Source: an uncultured Nitrososphaeraceae archaeon
Lineage (GTDB): Archaea > Thermoproteota > Nitrososphaeria > Nitrososphaerales > Nitrososphaeraceae
NCBI GenBank assembly: GCA_963765895.1
Contig: CAVXZB010000065.1
Coordinates: 1 to 17,845 of the forward strand
Direction: 5' to 3'
Length of the DNA stretch: 17,845 bases
A program made the position numbers and the translations under genes. Every line of letters begins with the position of its first letter. Positions within the stretch are counted from its first letter, which is position 1. The notes under the pieces are model-generated. The model was not told the DNA's origin. It made no database searches and saw nothing but the letters and a program-made list of their open reading frames with translations. This document shows, in pieces, positions 9,158 through 17,333 of this stretch.

Positions 9158-9265
9158 ATGAAATTTAACTTCTTTCGTAAGAATTTTAAATGTATCTCAT
9201 GTGGAGAAAAATTCAGGACCGAAGAAGATCTCAAACAGCATAATCAAATAGAACACAGAAAATAA
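9158..9265 (+). CDS. 35-aa single C2H2 zinc-finger microprotein (below ORF-track cutoff)
   Basis: MKFNFFRKNFKCISCGEKFRTEEDLKQHNQIEHRK*: F-x-C-x2-C-x3-F-x5-L-x2-H-x4-H consensus. Confidence 0.85.
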   Translation: MKFNFFRKNFKCISCGEKFRTEEDLKQHNQIEHRK

Positions 9266-9473
9266 CGGTAGAAGGTTTCGCTCTTATCCTATTTCTCATA
9301 TCTATATGAATATAGGAAGATATGTAAACTGGACTAACAGAAGTCGGCGATATATATTTACTTTATCTTCATTTGGAATTAGGTGAATTTTCATTTTGTA
9401 GTTCAAATAATGAACAAGTATTGAGGAATATGTAATTGTTAACTACAATGGTAAGCCTTATTAGTTATCTAAA

Positions 9474-10094
9474 ATGTCGATGAATAAAGATTATGAAATG
9501 ACCGGTACTACTTCAGATATTATCAAAGGAATTGATAAAATAGAACATGGGGAACACGTCGTCCTTATCTACCCTAATCTCTACACACTAAGAGAAATCT
9601 ATTCACATTATTGTAATATAGCATTAAAAAATAATGAATTAGTATTGATACTCGCCTACTATCAGACAGCAGAGTGTATCAGGCTAACTTTGAAAGAGCT
9701 CGATATTGACGTGGAAAAGTATGAAAAGGAAAATGACCTGATAATAATACAGGATAGCATCGAGACACACTCTGGTTATACAGAGGATTTCTTGTCTTTA
9801 CTAAAAACTCTTGATAAACAACAAGAGAAACGAGGTAAAAAAGGGTTGTCTGTGATTGCAGATATGGGTGTTTTCTTTCATTTTCAATATAATAAAGATG
9901 TTTTAATAGATTTTGAATCATCATTACCAAAGTTTGATATGAATGTGAAAAGAATTTGTATCTACCATGCTGGAGATTTTGAGAGATTTGAACAGTATGA
10001 AAAAGATAATTTGATAAAGTCACATCATCGACGAATAAAAGTGCTGCCTAAAGTTGTTGGTAAAGATAAGCCTACTACCTCAATTTTATCTTGA
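9474..10094 (+). CDS. Stand-alone MEDS (DcmR-like sensory) domain protein
   Basis: HGEHVVLIYPN, ALKNNELVLIL, GLSVIADMGVFF and KRICIYH motifs fit the MEDS pattern; intact 206-aa ORF. Confidence 0.85.
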   Translation: MSMNKDYEMTGTTSDIIKGIDKIEHGEHVVLIYPNLYTLREIYSHYCNIALKNNELVLILAYYQTAECIRLTLKELDIDVEKYEKENDLIIIQDSIETHSGYTEDFLSLLKTLDKQQEKRGKKGLSVIADMGVFFHFQYNKDVLIDFESSLPKFDMNVKRICIYHAGDFERFEQYEKDNLIKSHHRRIKVLPKVVGKDKPTTSILS

Positions 10095-10200
10095 TATTAA
10101 CGTGTCACTAGGCAACTATGATTGTAATTCAACGTGATATTTTAATTAGGAGCTAGTTGTTAATTTTGTTTGGTATATAGGGGTTCTGACTGATCCCTAC

Positions 10201-10407
10201 TCATGAATGATTATCAACTTTTGATAAGCCTGGAATTTTATTTAGCCAATCTAATAATATATGAGGAATAGCTCTATCCACACTATTGAGACCTAATTCC
10301 TGGGCCGTCGAGCTGAGTAGGAATATTTCTACCTTGTTTATAATATAGACTGGAACCTTTATTTCAACTGGTTCGTCCATTGGTTTAGAGTTATCTTCTT
10401 CTGACAT
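10201..10407 (-). CDS. Small hypothetical protein, possibly ribbon-helix-helix (CopG-like)
   Basis: Alternating strand VEIKVP, helix VYIINKVEIFL, turn ELGLNS, helix VDRAIPHILLDWL; ATG start. Family call is tentative. Confidence 0.55.
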   Translation of the reverse strand: MSEEDNSKPMDEPVEIKVPVYIINKVEIFLLSSTAQELGLNSVDRAIPHILLDWLNKIPGLSKVDNHS

Positions 10408-11985
10408 GACTAGAAAGAGAGTATGGAGAAACTCCTATTTCTATAGTTGTCATTATAAATTCTCTTCCGATAGTCTAAACCATCATTGCCTTTTTTAAGC
10501 AATTATCAAGTAAGCAATGCAAAGTTACTTTGTATGATCCATGTCCTTGGGCTGGTTCAATGCTAAGACTCGACGTTGTTATAGCCTATTGTTATTAGGC
10601 ATATGATTCCAAATATTGGTGGTGGTAGCTGAATCTATTTTCAATGGATTGTAAAATTGGCTATGTAAGTATCGACTACCTTGAATCCCACTTATCAATA
10701 TAAGGAAAGGACTAAGGGTTGTATGAAATATCATATGGATTGGGCATGTAGCAATTGTTGTCGTAGCAATGGGTATGATCACTACTATATTAGTATCCCG
10801 CAGTACCTGTTATCTATGCGTAAAATATAACTATACACCAGTAACAAACTATACTTCTATAACGATGCCGTCAATAGCAGGACTGAATGCAACTACAATT
10901 ATTAATGCTATAAATGCTAATTAAACTAATCTATGGCTAGAAATCGTATACCACAACGAAACCTAGCAAATAGCCCCAGAAATAAATTTGTAAGGCAATA
11001 TGTATTACTGACGAATAATAATATGGAACTACCAAGCTAGGTATTAACCATATGGCATAGCTAGTTCCTTGGTGGATACTCCAATTTTAGCAGTCACTAC
11101 TGCTAAATAGTCGGTATCTCTATATTCTTTGTGAGAAAATTAGGATTAGTAATAGCATTGGCAGTCGCAGCGTCAATTGTGGGTACATGTGTCCTTATCA
11201 ACTGTAAAAAGAAACGTAGTAATGCCTTAGCCGATACTGATCTTGATCTGTCTATGTCTGGTTAGTATTAGCATCGACTGCTGATTCAATATCTTCAGTT
11301 AGACTCAGTCAGTAAGTATCATGTTGTCTTAGTTTTTGCGATATTGTTATAAACTGCTGACTGGGTATCTGCGGACAATAGATTGTTTTCATAAGTAAAG
11401 ATAAATTATTAGTTTAAAGTCTGTTAGAATAGATAATGTCGGCCGATGGATGTAACCATTACACAACCAATAAAATAATGAAGTCTGATTACAGTCGGAA
11501 TTGTCAGTTGGCCAGAACTATATTGGTAATGGTCGGGATCATTTACGAGTATGTCGATTACGCAACATCATTTATGAAAAATTGGTAGTCACAAACTATT
11601 CAATGAACTGAACTATGTCGGCTGATATGTCTTCTTGCGAGCAGGAATAGTTCAGTCGCAATGGTGATATATATTGTCCTGCCTGGCAGCCTTAATTAGG
11701 CAGAATGTATATAGATAATTGCTGTTCGAAGCTTCATGCGATCGACTGAATCTAGTTAGTATGTCATAGATTGGCAATCACTATCCTCTAGGACGCTGGA
11801 TTCGGTTTGCGATCGTTTGGTTCACTCTATCTGGTATTAATTAAAAATATGATGCACAAATCTCTGCTTGTTGCGGGTTTTAACAGTCAATTAACTTGAG
11901 ACAAACATTAGCTCAATTGAAAACTGAGGATATGAAGTGAATATAAAGTCATTATATAGTTTTGAGTACCTGTACTGTAATACTT

Positions 11986-12257
11986 ATGCTCATAAACAAA
12001 TCAGGCAATCTAGAGTATTTCTCTAATCTGTATCAAGATGCACATTCAATATCTGCTTTGTCCATTGAGATAAACGCATTGGTATGGATACACGGGGGTG
12101 AGTCATTATTGTAGGCACAGTAAATGAGCTTGAATCACTTGGTATTAGCGTAAAGAAAATGAACGAGCTAAATGACGATTATGAGCTCGAGAACCTGATT
12201 GAGAATATAAAACAAACATGGATTCAAGATTATAAAACTTGTTATAATGATAAATAG
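11986..12257 (+). pseudogene. Possible decayed small gene of unknown family
   Basis: 42-codon ORF from ATG 11986 (…ALVWIHGGESLL*) overlaps a second protein-like frame VIIVGTVNELESLGISVKKMNELNDDYELENLIENIKQTW…* at a G5 run; TTATATAG lies about 30 nt upstream. Confidence 0.25.
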
Positions 12258-12678
12258 GCGATTTCGAACGTCAGACAACATCTTTTAATTTTGTGTCATA
12301 TAACAATTCTTCATGATACCGTATTTCTCTAACATCAAAATACTCAAGTCGTAATGTGAAACTACCAGAGTAACTCGTATTTCATACATTCCTATGGAAG
12401 GTCGTCATACTATTATCGGACATGAAAATTTTACAATTAACACTTTATTTATTTAAATAATACACTATACAACGGTTGTATTTGATACGCAGTCATATTC
12501 TCAGACTCTACAATCAGACTCGCTCAGATGAGACGGAATAGATGGGTTTTCGACCGCTCATAGCAAAAATGTTGGAATTAGGGATTAGTAGAGATCTCTT
12601 GTTGTCGAAAATAGATTCTGCTAAGCCTGTTATCTTATAGTATTAAATCCCATGTGGTTTATCTTTTACTATTATAAA

Positions 12679-13533
12679 ATGGCAGCTGATAAGGATAATA
12701 ATAATAATAGTAATACTGTCGCTACTATAAACTGGTATGATATAATAAATCAAGATACTAGAAGTATAGATGATGCAGATCTAGGCAAGGTCAAGGGACT
12801 ATATGAACCACTTATAGTTATTGAGAAGGGTACAATAAATAAAGAAAAACTCTATATTCCAAAATCTGTTATTGAAAAATATTCAGCCAATATTTTGTAC
12901 CTCGGTATAACAGAACAGGAAGCAAAGGATATCTACACACGAGAATCGCCCCCATCAGCAGATGAGATCAAGCAGATAGAGACAATTACAGAAAATAGAA
13001 TTCTGGCATCTAGGAGAAATAATATAGAAACTACAGAACAACGAGAAGATGGAGATGTAAAAAAACAACGACAACAGCCAAAAAGTGAAGAGGAAGAAAT
13101 CATTAAAAAGCTAAAATATGCAGCAACTGAACTTAAAGACTTACTAATTTCAGGAGCTAATGTAGCAAAAGAAAAGATCAAGGAAGGAAAAGATATTACA
13201 CAAGAAAAGATAAAAGAACAACGAGAAGCGGCAGAGGAAAGAAAAGCTGAAAATGATGCAAAAAAGATATCTAAAATGGGAGATTTAGCATTACAGTTTT
13301 CAACTTCTTTTGATGATATTTTATCAGAGATTTCATTAACCAGAACATATGCAGAACAAGAACAGATCTATAAAGGCTTCATAAGGTTAATACAAATGCA
13401 ACGTAAACTTCTTGTCGCAAGAAAAGAGTTAGCTACCAAGTTAAAAGATTCGGTAGATAAACCAATCCTCATCATCAAGAATAATAACGATATAAAACAG
13501 CCAGAATTAACACAAGACACCAAAATCAACTGA
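12679..13533 (+). CDS. PRC-barrel-like (DUF2171-type) domain fused to coiled coil and an unnamed helical domain; may extend to 13865 through a frameshift
   Basis: INWYDIINQDTRSIDDADLGKVKG...EKGTINKEKLYIPKSVIEKY...GITEQEAK. ATG 12679 (MAADKD) preferred to 12652. C-terminal domain resembles that of 13938..14525. Confidence 0.85.
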   Translation: MAADKDNNNNSNTVATINWYDIINQDTRSIDDADLGKVKGLYEPLIVIEKGTINKEKLYIPKSVIEKYSANILYLGITEQEAKDIYTRESPPSADEIKQIETITENRILASRRNNIETTEQREDGDVKKQRQQPKSEEEEIIKKLKYAATELKDLLISGANVAKEKIKEGKDITQEKIKEQREAAEERKAENDAKKISKMGDLALQFSTSFDDILSEISLTRTYAEQEQIYKGFIRLIQMQRKLLVARKELATKLKDSVDKPILIIKNNNDIKQPELTQDTKIN

Positions 13534-13553
13534 ACAAGGCATCTGAACTGCCC

Positions 13554-13865
13554 ATGCCACAACCACAACTACCTAAAACAATTAGTACTGCTGAAGAAGA
13601 AGAAGAAGAAGAAGAAAAAATAAAATCAAAACCTCGGATAAAAATGGTCACCAAGAAAGATTCTGATATTGAAGTAACACGTGATGAGGAATTGCCAGCA
13701 ATGTCATCATCATCATCATTGTCGTCAAATGCAGCTGCTGAATCACCTTCTACAGAGATTCCATCTAGCGAATTCAATTCTAAAAGAGAAGGAAAAGAAG
13801 GAATGGCTATAGAAAAGAGAAAATTAGCTAATGAAAAAAGGAGTAGCAGGAATAAGAGTAACTGA
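13554..13865 (+). CDS. Low-complexity charged segment; probably the frameshifted tail of the 12679 gene
   Basis: Frame is open upstream of ATG 13554 (NQLNKASELP-M); one extra A at 13522-13525 fuses both ORFs into 395 aa. Contains poly-Glu and poly-Ser tracts. Confidence 0.55.
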   Translation: MPQPQLPKTISTAEEEEEEEEKIKSKPRIKMVTKKDSDIEVTRDEELPAMSSSSSLSSNAAAESPSTEIPSSEFNSKREGKEGMAIEKRKLANEKRSSRNKSN

Positions 13866-13937
13866 GCAGTACACTAAGAATGTAGTATACTTGGCTTTAG
13901 TAGATCGTGTGTCCGTAGTTATCCTTGTACATATGTG

Positions 13938-14525
13938 TTATTTTGAAATATTCTTAAGTCTTTTTGCAATTCTTAGTTTAGAATCAATCACATTTACCTG
14001 TTCTTCTAACAGTTTCTTGTAACCTGCGAGCAACTTCTCCTGAGTTTTATAATCTTCTCTTGCTATTTCAAACATTATTTTTTCATATACTAAAACTACA
14101 TTATCTGCATGTATTCCAAGAGCCTGAATGTCTCTTGCGTTCGTCTGTGTACCCATGTCAATTGTTTCAATAGATTTATCCTTAAGTTCCTTCGTTCTCT
14201 CTTCTGTCTTCGTCACTGCTTTTTTGCCTAAAGACTTTATCATCTCTATGAATGATTGCCCTGCTTTTTTAGCTTTGGCAGCAGCAACTGATTGTTCTCC
14301 TTCTCCTTTTTCTTTATTTTGTTCTCCGGCTGAGGAATTCTCTATTTGATTATTTTCTTTATATTCAACCTCTGATGGCTTTACAACTACTACTTTTCTT
14401 TCTTCAGCTGGTTTTTTTGCAGTCAACTCACTGTCTTTCTCTATCAGTGCTTCAGATGGATATGTAGTAGTAGATTCTTGAGAATTTGATAATTCTGGAT
14501 CTTCCTTGTTCTTCTCATTGCTCAT
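13938..14525 (-). CDS. Hypothetical protein: disordered acidic N-terminus plus helical domain shared with the 12679 gene
   Basis: TNARDIQALG...YEKIMFEIAREDYKTQEKLLAGYKKLLEEQ...AKRLK aligns with NDAKKISKMG...FDDILSEIS...YAEQEQIYKGFIRLIQMQ...ATKLK. Start is 14525 or 14534. Confidence 0.82.
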   Translation of the reverse strand: MSNEKNKEDPELSNSQESTTTYPSEALIEKDSELTAKKPAEERKVVVVKPSEVEYKENNQIENSSAGEQNKEKGEGEQSVAAAKAKKAGQSFIEMIKSLGKKAVTKTEERTKELKDKSIETIDMGTQTNARDIQALGIHADNVVLVYEKIMFEIAREDYKTQEKLLAGYKKLLEEQVNVIDSKLRIAKRLKNISK

Positions 14526-14775
14526 AATGTACATAAAGGTCTTTATACTTAATAAAAAATTTGAAGCCTATGAAAAATATGGTAGACAAGTATTAGTTAT
14601 AACTGAAACTATTATTAATATATCAGTTTATGGATGAATGCAAGGCACTCACTAACAAAATATTAGCCTGAATTAACGAATCCAAGCTAACAATAAATCA
14701 TTATTATCTAATCTTATCAAATAAATATGATGATATTATAGTATGTTTTTTTAAAACCGTTCCTAGAACAAGGCC

Positions 14776-15445
14776 ATGAAAACTCAAATAGACAACAAAT
14801 CCTCAAGTAAGAACAAAGAAGCTTTTAAACTAGGCTCTTCAATTGCCAAATTGATAACATCTTCTTGGAATTCTCAGGAAAAACTAGAGAAAGTCTACAT
14901 TTTTAACTGAAGAATTCATCATAGTGTGGTTGAGGCTTTGTTAGGTTTAAGGAGTCTTTTCAGAAAATCACAACCTATACCTTCTGAAATATTATCAGGA
15001 TTAGGGAAGCTGTAACTCAAGATGATTATGCCGATAGAGACTCAATTCGTCTTCAATAAAGCCTACAGATAATGTTGGTTATAATGGTAGTTTAGTATCA
15101 CACACATCCTCGTTATCATCTTCTACATCGACTAAGAGCAATCCATCGAATACAGATCGCACTATTGGCTATCAATTGAACGAAAAGGCTAATAACACAT
15201 CAACTATTAGGAAAACAAAAAAATCATCGCCAAGTTACCAGAATATGAAAGAGCAGATCGTCTATTTATTGTTCACGTTAAATAGGCGAATATCATCGGT
15301 TATTTTCTACTTAAGTAGCAACATTTTGACTGAACGCTATCAACAGTCAACGTTAGAAGAATTCAGAACTATTGACGTAGACAAATCAAAACATACTCTC
15401 ACGGTCAGCTATTATGTAAAGTGGGAGGGCGTTCTCTTGTTATGA
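14776..15445 (+). pseudogene. Multiply disrupted hypothetical gene; ORF 15176..15445 is probably its 3' part
   Basis: ATG 14776 reads MKTQIDNK…EKVYIFN*RIHHSVVEALLGL…ILSGLG (TGA at 14908-14910), then a shifted frame AVTQDDYADRD. The 15176 frame is open from 15038 through a Ser/Thr-rich linker without a start codon. Confidence 0.45.
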
Positions 15446-15464
15446 TCAGGAATACAAACTGGTA

Positions 15465-15749
15465 ATGGCGGATGACTTGGGTGGAATACAAACAATGAAT
15501 AACCATGCAGCTGAAGATGTGGTAATCAAGATGGAACAGGCAGATGTTAACGATAATGTTATAACTACCGCGACTTCTAATCCAAACTATGTAACAGAGG
15601 ATCAGCCTCTGATAACAAGAATCGATGATGGTGCGGTCACACCCACTGAACAACAGGTATCAGAAGCACATAAGAAGGCTGAAGCTGCAATCAAACCAAA
15701 GACTGGTAGGCCTAAGCGCAAGTCCAAACCGAGGCGTAAGAAAACATGA
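15465..15749 (+). CDS. Hypothetical protein, acidic N-terminus and very basic C-terminal tail with an AT-hook-like motif
   Basis: Ends KPKTGRPKRKSKPRRKKT; its stop codon overlaps the next ATG (ATGA). Confidence 0.65.
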   Translation: MADDLGGIQTMNNHAAEDVVIKMEQADVNDNVITTATSNPNYVTEDQPLITRIDDGAVTPTEQQVSEAHKKAEAAIKPKTGRPKRKSKPRRKKT

Positions 15750-15892
15750 AGGTCTATGTTGTATACGTAGGTCAAAATCCTAATACATCTAGCTATGAAT
15801 ACGCCGTATTCGACTCAAAAGAGAAAGCGAATGAATATTGTAAGATGGAAAAGATGGAAGAGTTTATGATAACAGAGTGTGAAGTCCAATAA
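15746..15892 (+). CDS. 48-aa virus-like small protein (not in ORF track)
   Basis: MKVYVVYVGQNPNTSSYEYAVFDSKEKANEYCKMEKMEEFMITECEVQ*; the MKVYVV…VFxSKEKAxxY…IxExEV pattern is common in small tailed-virus proteins; ATGA coupling to the upstream gene. Confidence 0.7.
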   Translation: MKVYVVYVGQNPNTSSYEYAVFDSKEKANEYCKMEKMEEFMITECEVQ

Positions 15893-16477
15893 ATAATTTT
15901 ATTCTAGTATGTCATTACTTGGTAACACAATATCTTCTGAATGCAGCCCGAACAAGATTCTGCGACTTAACCTAAATTCTAGTTTATAAGTCCAATGATT
16001 GTCTGCACTATTTTATGAGGGATAAAGACATAATGAGAAGGAACGAAGCTAGTCATAAGTTGTTAGGTCGGAGTCAGTTGTATCATTCCACTCAGTGTAA
16101 TAGCCGGATTCTAGCCTGGCGAAGATTATTTATTCTATACCTGAGATATGTAATACGTGACCTTGATCTCATCTTTGTATCATTAATGGTTGTCGATCTG
16201 ACTTAACCCATCTCCTCAATACTTCACAAAGACTGAGTCATCAATACCATTTTTAGCTCTTGTTATTAATGATAGAGTTCAGATATTTTTAGATCTGTCG
16301 GATCCTATGGTTTGTCATCAGTAGTTGTCGTTGATAGGTCCTCCTGCGGCAATAACATACTAAGATGTCTGGCAACAGCTATTTTTGCTTTATATTTCAT
16401 TATTTATCTTATCGATAAGAGCCGAACAATGGTCAGTAAGGTTGTGACCAATACCCCTACATCATGAAAGGAATAGG

Positions 16478-16507
16478 TTTGATTTGATTTGATTTGATTT
16501 GATTTGA
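16478..16507. repeat. Pentanucleotide tandem repeat (TTTGA)6
   Basis: Six perfect units read directly from the sequence. Confidence 0.95.
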
Positions 16508-17173
16508 TCATAAGAACATGGATTCTAAGCCATATTGGCCAGAGCTACTAGCTAATCACTTCTACTTATATCGCAATCGGGATCAGACTAACCAAACGAT
16601 TAGAAATTAAAAGCCAGTCAACAGTCGCTGTGATTTCCATCAACCTGACTTAATCCGACTATGGAAAGCCACGATTGCAGGGGTCTAGCAACAAGAATAT
16701 ATTGGTTAGTCATAAATATTATTTGCAGTCTTATTAAGAATGGTATCTAAAAAGTAATTGTTGTTTCGAATTGATCTACGCACACATACCCGGGCAGACA
16801 TATGGTCACCTCAAATTCAGCGGTTGCTCCCTTAGGTGTTCATTATTCTAAGGTTGATGGATTTTACTTACGACCATTTTTTTGGCTTAACAGGTTAAGC
16901 TAATCAAGTTAAACCAGTACATATCTGTAAATGCCATAAAACAAACCACTCAGACCAATTAATACAATCAACATTGTAAGCCAGGCCATTTGGAGTTATG
17001 AGACACATTTTCATAATTACTAATCGTATAAGTAATACTTGTTCATTGTCTATTAGACCGGCCTCTCCCAGTCGCAGAGATGATTTAAAGTAAAAACGTC
17101 CTTCGCATTCCATAAAAATCACTAGCGACTTAGTGTTGCTCTAGGTGGTATCATGTATTTATCATACATTTAG

Positions 17174-17319
17174 GGATATATATTGGCCAGTTACCATATA
17201 TTAGTGCTGTACTATATTCTATTATATGGCAACCTACCATATTCATGACGTAGATGACCAGGATTATGACACAAATATGACGCATATCGCAAAAAGGATA
17301 TATACTGCGGTTACCATAT
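17174..17319 (+). promoter_or_regulatory. Duplicated TATA-plus-operator-like module upstream of the HTH gene
   Basis: GGATATATA-N7-GTTACCATAT at 17174-17199 and GGATATATA-N5-GTTACCATAT at 17296-17319; the second follows a purine run (BRE-like) and its TATA lies about 30-36 nt before ATG 17334. Confidence 0.5.
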
Positions 17320-17333
17320 TAAGAAACAGGGTA

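Noticed and set aside
10579-10782. 67-aa minus-strand ORF
   Set aside because: GTG start, no motif and no supporting context; treated as a chance ORF.
12078-12120. LVWIHGG as an esterase HGGG motif
   Set aside because: Too short, with no GxSxG or other hydrolase sequence nearby.
133-14349. Shadow ORFs 133..315, 145..336, 427..612, 1785..2033, 3806..4114, 5392..5589, 6364..6603, 7343..7618, 7801..8013, 8365..8655, 9679..10023, 12933..13181, 13368..13568, 13526..13777, 13831..14022, 14128..14349
   Set aside because: Each overlaps a better-supported gene in another frame or strand and shows no recognisable motif.
12099-14910. In-frame TGA codons (12099 and 14908) as selenocysteine or programmed readthrough
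   Set aside because: No redox-type context and no evident SECIS; neighbouring lesions include TAA, TAG and frameshifts, so decay is the simpler explanation.
16478-16507. Repeat considered as a CRISPR array
   Set aside because: Simple tandem pentamer with no spacers; no cas genes in the window.
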